Assembly (NCBI GenBank): GCA_044225505.1
Contig: JBGAIN010000069.1
Location: 1-39,348 of the forward strand
From: Limisphaerales bacterium
Lineage (GTDB): Bacteria > Verrucomicrobiota > Verrucomicrobiia > Limisphaerales > SIBE01
Reading direction: 5' to 3'
Length of the DNA stretch: 39,348 bases
Part shown: positions 9,992-19,460 of the stretch, piece after piece
Numbering within the stretch: the first letter of the stretch is position 1
How the letters are laid out: each line of letters opens with the position of its first letter
The notes under the pieces: generated by a model
The model's database searches: none
The model's input: only the letters and a program-made list of their open reading frames with translations
Told to the model about the DNA's origin: nothing
Made by a program: the position numbers and the translations under genes

Positions 9992-12900
9992 ATGAGTCTG
10001 ACTTGCTTCCTCAGAGGTCGGCCAAATCGGTGCGAAGTAGTTCATCCTCGATGGGGAATTCATCACCCAATTCCGTGCATCGCCAGAACACCTTGCCTTC
10101 GGCTGCTCGGTGGTCCTGCGAGCGGGGCATTTTGGTTGGCTGTAGCGTTCTGGATCTCTTGGTCCTGGCATCACGCGGATGCTCAGTCCGGTGAACCCAC
10201 GCTCTTTGTATCTGACGTGCAGAGCGGACAGATCGAACTCTCGTGGACCGCAACAGCCACTGACTTTGTGCTCGAATCATCGGCGAGCCTCTCTTCGCCA
10301 CAGCGATGGCAGCTCGCGCCTGAGCCGGTCCGACGGGTGGCCGATTATTTCTCCGTCACCGTTACGGCAGGAGATACGACGCAGTTCTTCCGGTTGCACT
10401 ATGCGCCTGCACCATTGCCGGTGGACCCAGTGACGGTCGCCTCCGCGCTTCCTCAGGCCAGTGCGAGCGATGTCGGAAGTGCCACGACATTCCTTTACAC
10501 CGGGGCGAACCCGATCCAAAGCGGCGTGAGCAACGGGACGATCCAACCGGTCCGAGCCGCAGTGTTGCGTGGACGGGTGAAACGACGTGACGGCTCCGCG
10601 TTGTCCGGAGTTAGGGTCTCGGTGCTCAACCATTCGGAGTTCGGCCAAACGCTCACCCGCGCGGACGGCTGGTTCGATCTGGCGGTTAACGGCGGTACGA
10701 CGCTCACGGCGAAGTACGACAAACCAGGGTTTTGTTCTGTGCATCGACATATCCACGCCGAACAGCAGAACTACACAACGTTGCCTGAAATTGTGATGGT
10801 GCCGGCCGATCCCTTGGTAACTCCGATCGCGTTTGGAACGAATTCACCCTCGCAGATCGCGCGCGGCAGCGCGCAGAGTGATGCCAGCGGGGCGCGACAG
10901 GCCACGCTGCTTTTCCCTTCCGGCACGTGCGCGGACTTGGTGATCAATGGCGCAAGGCAGGCGTGCGGCACGCTCAACTTCCGCATCACCGAATTCACCG
11001 TCGGTGCGACCGGTCCGTCGGCCATGCCCGCGCCGCTTCCTCCGACCAGCGCGTATACGTATTGCATGGAGATCACCGCGGACGAAGCAACGGCTGCCGG
11101 AGCGGATATTGTCGTCAACCAACCTCTCTGTTTCTACGTGGATAACTTTCAGAAGGATCCGGTCGGCATGGAGATACCTGTTGGCGACTACGACAGGCAA
11201 CGCAGTGTGTGGGTCGCCCAACGTAACGCTCGGGTGATCAAGATCCTCGGCGTCACCGCAGACAAAGCAGACTTGGATACGGATGGCGACGGTCAGACCG
11301 ACCCGGCGGCAACTTTAGCCGCACTCGCCATTAACGACGAAGAACGCCGGCAATTAGCCAAACTCTACAAGCCCGGCCAGAGTCTGTGGCGGAGCTGTAT
11401 TGGCGGCAGTTCGGCTGGGGCCGCACGATCCATCGGCCTGCAGGCGGCCAGGCCGCATCAAGTCGATCCAGCGATCGTCCCCGTTGTCGTAGGCGGAGTT
11501 GTGAATGTTGTCCGTGACATCAACAAGCCTGTAAGACAGGGATTCACGAATCTGCTTTCGCTGAGTCAAAAGCAATTCGATGCGCTCTTTGCTCGTGGGG
11601 CCATGATCTGCGAGAGGTCGGTGATTTCCCCGGTGAACCAAATTTTCGGAGAGAACATTCGATTGGTCGGGGTCCCCTTCTATTTACATTATCGCAGTGA
11701 CCGCGTTCTCGGGCGCCGCGCAGCGGCGACCATGGAAATTCCGCTCACTGGCAACGCGCTTCTTCCCGCAAATCTCAAGCGCATCGAATTGACCGTGAAC
11801 ATCGCTGGGCAGTCGGTGGATCTCGTTTTCCCACCTCTCCCTCCGAATCGGAGCTACACCTTCACTTGGGATGGGCGCGATGTGTATGGCAGGTTCTTGA
11901 ACGGTGCCCACACCGCGAACATTCGTGTATCCCACGTTTATCCTGGCGCCTATGGCATGACCGCGGAATCGGCTTACGCGTTCGCGTTGGTTGGTGACGC
12001 CACGGTCGCCGTGGGCGAGCATACCTACGGCGAGAATGCCGTCATTCAGCAATTCACGGCACCGGTGGCCGCTTACGATGCTCGCAGGTGGGGGGTAGGT
12101 GGGTGGACACCAAGTGCGCATCATTACTACGATCCCAATGGCCGCGTGCTCCTCTACGGCTACGGCGAACGCCGAAGTCTGGAAGGAGGCAATGCGCAGG
12201 TGATTGAAACGTTCGCTGGGAACGGACTGCGTTGCGCGGGCAACAACGATTTGGTCTGCAACGAAGGCCGGCCCGCACCTCACGTCCCAATGACGCCAAC
12301 GGATTTTGCCTTTGGCCCTGATGGCAGCCTCTTCTTTGTGGATAGCTTAGGTTGGCGCGTCCGACGGGTTGACCCGAATGGGGTCGTCACCACGGTTGCA
12401 GGCACGGGCTTGGACTGCGCCAATCCCGCTTTCCCTTGTGCGAGTAACGAAGGCCCGGCCCGGCAGGTAGATATTCGTCCGACCGCCATCGCGGTTGGGA
12501 CCGATGGTGTCCTTTACATTTCGGAGGCTGGGAACGGTCAAATTCGCCAGGTTGGACCAGACGGCATGATGAGAACCATCGCGGGGAACCGCGGGACCTG
12601 CTTGCCCTTTACGGCTATCTGCGGCGAAGGACAAGTGGCGACAGAGATCTCAATCCGGCCTGGTGCTCTGGCTGTGGGACCCGATGGCTGCCTGTATTTC
12701 ATTGATCGTCACGTCGTCAGACGAATCGGTCTGGACGGCACGGTGCACACCGTCGCCGGCGGTGGGTCGGTTTTCATGGAGGAAGTCCCAGCGACCCAAG
12801 TGCAGTTGGTCGAGCCGTGGAACATCGCGTTCGGTCCGGACGGCAGCCTCTACATCGCGAGCGATTGGCGGGTGAGCCGGATGACGGTGGACGGAATCAT

Positions 12901-15900
12901 CCGCACCATCGCGGGAACGGGTCAAGCCTACCAATTGACGGACCCAACGGGCGATGGCGGGCCGGCCACACAAGCCAGATTAACGGCCTTCTGCCGGGTC
13001 GCGGTGAGCTCAGACGGGACTGTCTTCATCATCGAGAACAATAATAACGGCCCAAAACGCGTCCGGCGCGTGGGGACGGATGGCATCATCACGACGCTCG
13101 CTGGCGGTTCCGCGGGTTGCACGACGGCCTCGCCGTGCGGTGAAGGCGGCCCCGCCGCGCAAGCACGGCTCTACGGTCCGGGCGATGTCGAGGTTGGACC
13201 GGACGGCGCGCTCTACTTTTCCGACGGCAACGCGCCTCCTCCAGGCAATGGTGGCTACATACGCCGCATCCAGGGCGGTCTGGAAGGCTTCACCGGGGCT
13301 AGTTTCCTCATCCCTTCCGAAGACGCAAGTGAAGTGTATGAGTTCGATCGGAACGGGCGTCACTTGCGAACGATTCACCCGCTGACCGGCACAACCTTGC
13401 TGACCTTCCAATACGATTCTGCAGGCCGGTTGGTCCGAATGGTCGATGCGGACAATGACACCACGACCATCGAACGCGACGCCGTAGGAAACCCTACGGG
13501 TATTATCGGCCCATACGGTCAACGAACGACCCTGGTCCTGGACGGCAATGGCTACTTGAGCCGCGTATCGAATCCCGCAAACGAGAGTTGGCAGTTTGAA
13601 TACGCCAACGGCGGATTGCTGACGAAGATCACCGACCCCAATAACCACACCACATCCGCGAGCTACGACGCGTTGGGCCGCTTTGCCGCGGAAACCGATG
13701 CGGCCGGCGCGACCCTCACCGTCACACGCACCAACACCGGGCAGGGACGCGTCACCGCCAGCACGACCGCTCAGGGGCGTGCGACGAAGTATCAAGTGGA
13801 ACAGGACGCCGCCGGAACACGCCGCTCGGTCAACTCGTTCCCGGACGGGACCCAGGCAACAGAAGCGGAGGCTGCCGACGGCACGACCACCAACCTGTTC
13901 GGCGACGGCATGTCCCTCCTGCGCGTGGAAGGGCCGGACGCACGCTTCGGCATGTTGACGCCGGTGCCCGCGCAATCTGTTTTGCGGACCCCAGGAGGAT
14001 TAGCGGCCACGAACACATTCGATTCGCGAGTCACTCTCACCAACGCGGACAATGTGCTGAGCCTGTCGAATTTGATCGAGACACTAAGTGTGAACGGTCG
14101 CGTGTTCACCAGTTCGTATTCCGCAGCGGCACGCACATTCACGAACATCAGCGCGATGGGGCGGCGCAGCACACTGAGCATCGACACCCTGAGCCGACTA
14201 GTCGGGACCGGTGTGGATGGAGTATTACCGGTTGCTTACAGGTATGATCATCGCGGACGATTAACAAACGTCCTGCAAGGTGCCCCTGGGGTTTTGAGAA
14301 CTGAGTCGTTTGCCTACGATTCGAGCAGCTACTTGAATCGGATCGCGGATCCTCTCGGGCGTGTCGCAAAGTTCGCTTATGAACCAGCAGGTCGGATATC
14401 CGCGCAGACACTCACCGATGGCCAAACCGTTCAGTACGGCTACGACGACAAAGGAAATCTTACATCCCTCAGTCCACCGGGGCAACCCGCGCACGTCTTT
14501 TCTTACACGTCGGTCGATCTCTTATCCGAATATCTCCCGCCGGACATCGGTGCTGGCGACACGCCTACCCGCTACGCCTACGGTCCCGACCGCGAACTCA
14601 CAAGGGTAACGCGACCGGATGGACTCACGCTGGAGTTGAATTACGATAACGGCGGAAGCTGCAGGTGCGGCAAGCTCACGTCCATTGTCCAGCCGCGCGG
14701 GACGAATGACTTCCAATACGATTCCGTGACCGGCAATCTGACGAACGTCACAGCTCCTGACGGCATCCGCCTGGGCTACGCTTACGACGGCGAATTTCTC
14801 ACCAACGTAATGTACACCGGTTTGGTTTCGGGCAGTATCAATTATCGCTACGATTCCGACTTCCGTCTCAGGTCCGTCGGCGTCAATGGCGCCAACTTTA
14901 TTGACTACCAGTACGACGCGGACAATCTGCTCACAAACGTCGGCAGGTTGAAACTCATTCGCGATCGCGCGAACGGCCTCCTCACGCACACCGAACTGGG
15001 CGTCGTCACCACAAGCTACGAATATAACAGTTTCGGCGAAGTGACGACCTACGCCGCCGCTGCCAACGGCGTGCCTCTCCTGTCCGTCCACTATGTCCGT
15101 AACGCGGTTGGGCGGATCTTAGAAAGGACCGAGACAATTCAAGGTGCCACGGATTCATATGCCTACGCCTACGATCAGACTGGGCAGTTGACCGCCGTCA
15201 CTAAGAACGGTGTAATCACTGCCAGCTACTCTTACGGCCCCAACGGAAATCGGCAGAGCGGTCCTGGATTGTCCACGCCACCCAGTTACGATGCGCAAGA
15301 CCGAATGCTCCGATACGGTGTCGCCAGCTACACCTACACGCCCGCGGGGGAACTCAAATCCAAGACGACTGCTGGACAGACGACGAGCTACGATTACGAC
15401 CTTCTTGGAAATCTAATTCATGCCTCGCTGCCGGATGGAGCGCGCGTCGAATATCTGGTCGATGGACAAGACCGGCGCGTGGTTCGGAAAGTCAACGGGT
15501 CGTTTACTAGCCGTTTCCTTTGGCACGATGAACTCAAACTTGCAGCGGATTTGGACGCCGACGGAAATGTAACCACGCTCTTTGTGTATGCTGGAAGACC
15601 GAATCTTCCCAGTTACCTGGTGCGAGAGCGGCAAACCTTTCGCTTGATTACTGATCATCTCGGAAGCCCGCGCCTAATCGTGAATGCCGACAGTGGAGAA
15701 GTCCGGCAGCGGATCGACTATGATGAATGGGGTAACATGACGCGTGATACCAGCCCTGGGTTCCAGCCGTTTGGTTTCGCGGGCGGTCTTTACGATGCGA
15801 GCACCGGACTAGTCCGCTTCGGCGCGCGCGACTACGACTCGCTGACGGGACGATGGACCTCCAAGGATCCGCGCCTGTTCGCCGGAGGCAGTGCAAATCT

Positions 15901-16435
15901 TTACACTTATGTCTCAAATGACAGCGTCAATTCCGTGGACTATGCTGGTGCGGATCAAAGTTTTGGAAAAAGCGGTGAAGCGGATATTGCGCCAATCGAC
16001 CTGACGCCTGTTTACAGCCGCGGCCCGTTTGGACTGAATATCGGCACAGGATATTCCTTGACCGATCTCAAGGAAAGATTTCACGGACGGATCGATAACG
16101 ACCACAAGGTCGAAATTAAAGACGACGATGGTCGATGGCACCGCGCTACACTTCTTAGATTTCGATGCGGCGGTAGCCAAGGAGGAATCTTTATAAAGCA
16201 CCGAGGGAAATATTTTCTGTTCTACGGCTATTCCATCGACAAGGAGGGCAAGTTTAGCACAAGCCAGCGGCTTAGAAGAGGGGGCATCAATAATTCAGAA
16301 CTGATTGCTGAACTTCAATCCAAGGCCTCCGGAGCGAAAGAACGGCAAATCCTCGGCGACATGAGCAAGATGGCGGCGGTTTTGAACTACAAGAATTTCC
16401 ACCCTAGTCCAGGATTAAGATCTGAGTGGTGGTGA
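9992..16435 (+). CDS. Teneurin-like YD/RHS-repeat protein (signal peptide, carboxypeptidase-regulatory-like Ig domain, FN-plug-like region, NHL propeller, YD shell, RHS core, variable C-terminal cargo)
   Basis: Signal peptide (FWLAVAFWISWSWHHADA|Q); AVLRGRV...TRADGWFDLAVNGG; LHYRSDR and YTFTWDGRDVYGR; six [IVL]AGxG...GxxA NHL blades; many YD repeats; RHS core TDHLGSPR...YDEWG...QPFGFAGGLYD...RFGARDYD...RWTSKDP...NLYTY...DYAG, followed by ~160 aa of unique sequence. Confidence 0.9.
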   Translation: MSLTCFLRGRPNRCEVVHPRWGIHHPIPCIARTPCLRLLGGPASGAFWLAVAFWISWSWHHADAQSGEPTLFVSDVQSGQIELSWTATATDFVLESSASLSSPQRWQLAPEPVRRVADYFSVTVTAGDTTQFFRLHYAPAPLPVDPVTVASALPQASASDVGSATTFLYTGANPIQSGVSNGTIQPVRAAVLRGRVKRRDGSALSGVRVSVLNHSEFGQTLTRADGWFDLAVNGGTTLTAKYDKPGFCSVHRHIHAEQQNYTTLPEIVMVPADPLVTPIAFGTNSPSQIARGSAQSDASGARQATLLFPSGTCADLVINGARQACGTLNFRITEFTVGATGPSAMPAPLPPTSAYTYCMEITADEATAAGADIVVNQPLCFYVDNFQKDPVGMEIPVGDYDRQRSVWVAQRNARVIKILGVTADKADLDTDGDGQTDPAATLAALAINDEERRQLAKLYKPGQSLWRSCIGGSSAGAARSIGLQAARPHQVDPAIVPVVVGGVVNVVRDINKPVRQGFTNLLSLSQKQFDALFARGAMICERSVISPVNQIFGENIRLVGVPFYLHYRSDRVLGRRAAATMEIPLTGNALLPANLKRIELTVNIAGQSVDLVFPPLPPNRSYTFTWDGRDVYGRFLNGAHTANIRVSHVYPGAYGMTAESAYAFALVGDATVAVGEHTYGENAVIQQFTAPVAAYDARRWGVGGWTPSAHHYYDPNGRVLLYGYGERRSLEGGNAQVIETFAGNGLRCAGNNDLVCNEGRPAPHVPMTPTDFAFGPDGSLFFVDSLGWRVRRVDPNGVVTTVAGTGLDCANPAFPCASNEGPARQVDIRPTAIAVGTDGVLYISEAGNGQIRQVGPDGMMRTIAGNRGTCLPFTAICGEGQVATEISIRPGALAVGPDGCLYFIDRHVVRRIGLDGTVHTVAGGGSVFMEEVPATQVQLVEPWNIAFGPDGSLYIASDWRVSRMTVDGIIRTIAGTGQAYQLTDPTGDGGPATQARLTAFCRVAVSSDGTVFIIENNNNGPKRVRRVGTDGIITTLAGGSAGCTTASPCGEGGPAAQARLYGPGDVEVGPDGALYFSDGNAPPPGNGGYIRRIQGGLEGFTGASFLIPSEDASEVYEFDRNGRHLRTIHPLTGTTLLTFQYDSAGRLVRMVDADNDTTTIERDAVGNPTGIIGPYGQRTTLVLDGNGYLSRVSNPANESWQFEYANGGLLTKITDPNNHTTSASYDALGRFAAETDAAGATLTVTRTNTGQGRVTASTTAQGRATKYQVEQDAAGTRRSVNSFPDGTQATEAEAADGTTTNLFGDGMSLLRVEGPDARFGMLTPVPAQSVLRTPGGLAATNTFDSRVTLTNADNVLSLSNLIETLSVNGRVFTSSYSAAARTFTNISAMGRRSTLSIDTLSRLVGTGVDGVLPVAYRYDHRGRLTNVLQGAPGVLRTESFAYDSSSYLNRIADPLGRVAKFAYEPAGRISAQTLTDGQTVQYGYDDKGNLTSLSPPGQPAHVFSYTSVDLLSEYLPPDIGAGDTPTRYAYGPDRELTRVTRPDGLTLELNYDNGGSCRCGKLTSIVQPRGTNDFQYDSVTGNLTNVTAPDGIRLGYAYDGEFLTNVMYTGLVSGSINYRYDSDFRLRSVGVNGANFIDYQYDADNLLTNVGRLKLIRDRANGLLTHTELGVVTTSYEYNSFGEVTTYAAAANGVPLLSVHYVRNAVGRILERTETIQGATDSYAYAYDQTGQLTAVTKNGVITASYSYGPNGNRQSGPGLSTPPSYDAQDRMLRYGVASYTYTPAGELKSKTTAGQTTSYDYDLLGNLIHASLPDGARVEYLVDGQDRRVVRKVNGSFTSRFLWHDELKLAADLDADGNVTTLFVYAGRPNLPSYLVRERQTFRLITDHLGSPRLIVNADSGEVRQRIDYDEWGNMTRDTSPGFQPFGFAGGLYDASTGLVRFGARDYDSLTGRWTSKDPRLFAGGSANLYTYVSNDSVNSVDYAGADQSFGKSGEADIAPIDLTPVYSRGPFGLNIGTGYSLTDLKERFHGRIDNDHKVEIKDDDGRWHRATLLRFRCGGSQGGIFIKHRGKYFLFYGYSIDKEGKFSTSQRLRRGGINNSELIAELQSKASGAKERQILGDMSKMAAVLNYKNFHPSPGLRSEWW
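13876..13968 (+). repeat. 93-bp near-identical block shared by the two RHS genes (partner 16901..16993)
   Basis: Direct comparison shows one mismatch at offset 3025. A second 73-bp block, 14099..14171 vs 17124..17196, also has one mismatch. Confidence 0.9.
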
Positions 16436-16469
16436 AAACTGAACCCGCCTTCAGAATAGGACAGATCCA

Positions 16470-19445
16470 ATGCTGGCGTCTTCAAGAAACATCGTTGCTC
16501 GAGCTGCAATGCATGTGCGAGTTCCTCTGAATACTCGCGAAGACCGACAACAGAGTGCGGGCTTCCGTCCGCTTGGCCGTTCAGGGCGGAGGCACGTTGG
16601 CGACGTCAAATGCTATTCGTTTTTCTTGCCGGAGCCGGGTGCATCTTGCGCGACCGGATCCTTTGCTGCGCTGATTTTGCTGCTCGTACTCTGCCGACAC
16701 TTCGTGGCTCAGGCCGTGTCTCCCAATGTGGCGGATGCACCGGGCGTCTCTCTTGAAAACGCCGCCTCTGGCCGTATGACGACCAGCACAACGGCTCTCG
16801 GACGCGTGACCAAATATCAAGTGGAGCAGGACGCCACAGGAGCTCGCCACTTAGTGAACACCTTTCCGGATGGGACGCAGTCCCAAGAAACTAAAACGCT
16901 CGACGGCACGACCACCAACCTGTTCGGCGACGGCATGTCCCTCCTGCGCGTGGAAGGGCCGGACGGACGCTTCGGCATGTTGACGCCGGTGCCGACGAGG
17001 TTTATTCTGCGAACTCCGGCAGGATTGACCGCGACGAAATCTGTCGAGCAAACTATCACGCTCGCCAACCCGGGCGTTCCGTTGAGCGTGTCGAACTTGA
17101 CCGTAATACTGACCGTAAACGGACGCGTGTTCACCAGTTCGTATTCCGCAACGGCACGCACATTCACGAACATCAGCGCGATGGGGCGGCGCAGCAGGTT
17201 GACGATGGATACGAGAGGCCGACCCGTCACCGCCGCTGTGGACGGACTGCTGCCAGTCACGTTCGCCTACAACGCGCGCGGCCGACTGACCAACATCACG
17301 CAAGGAGCGGGACCCGACGCCAGAACCGCCAGCTTCGTTTACGACGGGAATGGTTGCTTGAGCCAGGTCACCGATCCGCTAGGACGGTTCGCCCGGTTCG
17401 CTTACGACGCGACGGCGCGATTGACCAACCAAACACTGCCCGATGGGCGCACCATACGATATGCCTACGACCTGAAGGGAAACTTCATGTCGGTCACGCC
17501 GCCCGGACGTCTTGCGCATAAGTTCTCGTACACCCCGGTCGATCTGATCTCGGAATACATTCCGCCGGCCATCAATATCCGCGACGCGGGGACCCGCTAC
17601 GCTTACAACCAGGATCGCGACCTCACGCGCGTGATCCGTTCCGACGGACTGACGATTGATTTGGTTTATGACAACGGCGGAAGCTGCAACTGCGGCAAAC
17701 TCACGTCCATCGTTCAGCCGCGCGGGACCCATTCGTTCTACTACGATCCCGTGACTGGCAATCTCGCGAACCTTGCTTCAGGCGACGGCGTCTCTTTGAG
17801 CTACGCCTACGACGGGGCGCTTCTGACCAACATCACTTACAGCGGTGCGGTCTCCGGCACGGTGAACTACACCTACGACTCCGATTTCCGTGTTGCATCC
17901 GTCGGCGTCAATGGCTCGGATTTCATGCAATACCGTTACGATGGCGACGGCTTCCTGACAAACGCGGGATCTCTTGTGTTTACTCGATCCTCGGAAAACG
18001 GATTCATTACGGCCGGCGAGTTTGGTAACTCTACGGAGACACGCGCGTTCAACGGCTTTGGACAGCTGGAGACCTATCGGGTTGACTCTGGAGGGAAAGC
18101 GCTATTCTCCGCACAATACTCGTACGACAAACTTGGACGCGTCAAGCTGGTGATCGAAACCATCGTGTCCAGCGCTCCAATCACTTTTGACTACAGTTAC
18201 GATTTGGGGGGGCGCCTGATGGAGGCGAAAGAGAATGGTGCCATCCAAGGTGCGTTTACCTACGACGCCAATGGGAACCATCTTACAAGCGATCTCGGTC
18301 CTGCGACTTATGACGCCCAAGATCGCCTCGTCCGACTGGGGCTTGCCAATTTTGAATACGGCCCGGATGGAGAGCGGCTCACCAGAACCATCGACGGCCA
18401 GGTGACGAGTTATTCCTACGACGCGTTGGGGAATCTCGTCGCCGTGAAGCTGCCGGACGGACGGAGAGTGGATTACTTCCTTGATGCTCTAAATCGGCGC
18501 GTTGGTCAAAAGGTGGACGGAGTTTTATCGCATTTTTACCTTTACGACGACGAGTCGCGGATCCTCGCCGAACTCGATGGCCACGGTAAATTAGTGAGCC
18601 GCTTTGTTTATGGGGATGATGAAACAGTGCCGAGTTTCCTAATCAAGTCTGGCCAAGCTTACCGGTTGGTGACGGACCTCAACGGGAGCGTGAGGCTCGT
18701 CATTCACGCAGCTTCCGGAACGATTGCGCAGCGGCTGGATTACGACGCGTTCGGAAAGGTTCTGTCGGACACGAATCCGGGCTTTCAGCCATTGGGTTTT
18801 GCCAGTGGCCATTACGATCCGCTCACCGGACTGACTCATTTCGGAGCGCGAGATTATGACGCGGAAGCGCGCCGATGGATCACGACGGATCCTCTGTTGT
18901 TTGGCGGACTGGACGCGAATCTGTACGCCTACGCATTTAATGATCCGGTCAACTTCGCCGATCGAACGGGCGGAAAAGCGCGGCCACTCTCCGGCAAATC
19001 GGGAGTCGGGCATTCCTCGGGCACTAAGGCTAATCCGTCCGGCATCGATATCAAAATCAAAGGCAAGAAAGTCACGATCAAGGCCGGCGATTCCCATTGC
19101 TCAGGCTCGGTCAGCTCCAGCGATTGGGCGAAGTTCCTGAACACACTTGCGAACGGGCAGAAGCCAGACTTGAAATTCAGCTTCAAATTGTTTGGCGGCA
19201 GTGGATCGCTCGACGCGAAGGGCTTCAACTTTGGGTTAGGAACCGGAGGCGATCTGCTCGGCACCACACCGGACGTTTGGAAACAATTCATTCAGCATGT
19301 CCAAGCGGGTGGGATGGACACACCGGAGGGATATCGGATCTGGCAAGGGTTGCACGACCAGATCATGCAGCACATCACGGATCAAACCGCGCTCAAGGCG
19401 GCACAGCGCGTTGCCGACTTCCTGGGCAGCATTGCCAATCCGTAA
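16470..19445 (+). CDS. Second YD/RHS-repeat protein: paralogous C-terminal part of the shell with a different C-terminal cargo and a signal-peptide-like leader
   Basis: Colinear with the upstream gene from 16770 (vs 13745) to the RHS core (VTDLNGSVR...QPLGFASGHYD...HFGARDYD...RWITTDP...DPVNFADRTG). Hydrophobic FAALILLLVLCRHFVAQA precedes the homologous part. Start uncertain (16470, or TTG 16626). Confidence 0.85.
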   Translation: MLASSRNIVARAAMHVRVPLNTREDRQQSAGFRPLGRSGRRHVGDVKCYSFFLPEPGASCATGSFAALILLLVLCRHFVAQAVSPNVADAPGVSLENAASGRMTTSTTALGRVTKYQVEQDATGARHLVNTFPDGTQSQETKTLDGTTTNLFGDGMSLLRVEGPDGRFGMLTPVPTRFILRTPAGLTATKSVEQTITLANPGVPLSVSNLTVILTVNGRVFTSSYSATARTFTNISAMGRRSRLTMDTRGRPVTAAVDGLLPVTFAYNARGRLTNITQGAGPDARTASFVYDGNGCLSQVTDPLGRFARFAYDATARLTNQTLPDGRTIRYAYDLKGNFMSVTPPGRLAHKFSYTPVDLISEYIPPAINIRDAGTRYAYNQDRDLTRVIRSDGLTIDLVYDNGGSCNCGKLTSIVQPRGTHSFYYDPVTGNLANLASGDGVSLSYAYDGALLTNITYSGAVSGTVNYTYDSDFRVASVGVNGSDFMQYRYDGDGFLTNAGSLVFTRSSENGFITAGEFGNSTETRAFNGFGQLETYRVDSGGKALFSAQYSYDKLGRVKLVIETIVSSAPITFDYSYDLGGRLMEAKENGAIQGAFTYDANGNHLTSDLGPATYDAQDRLVRLGLANFEYGPDGERLTRTIDGQVTSYSYDALGNLVAVKLPDGRRVDYFLDALNRRVGQKVDGVLSHFYLYDDESRILAELDGHGKLVSRFVYGDDETVPSFLIKSGQAYRLVTDLNGSVRLVIHAASGTIAQRLDYDAFGKVLSDTNPGFQPLGFASGHYDPLTGLTHFGARDYDAEARRWITTDPLLFGGLDANLYAYAFNDPVNFADRTGGKARPLSGKSGVGHSSGTKANPSGIDIKIKGKKVTIKAGDSHCSGSVSSSDWAKFLNTLANGQKPDLKFSFKLFGGSGSLDAKGFNFGLGTGGDLLGTTPDVWKQFIQHVQAGGMDTPEGYRIWQGLHDQIMQHITDQTALKAAQRVADFLGSIANP

Positions 19446-19460
19446 CGGCCACGGCCAGCC

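Noticed and set aside
16436..16770. Possible immunity gene between the two RHS genes
   Set aside because: I found only very short alternative-frame ORFs on the + strand (e.g. ~21 aa from ATG 16609) and nothing immunity-like; the region reads into RHS-2.
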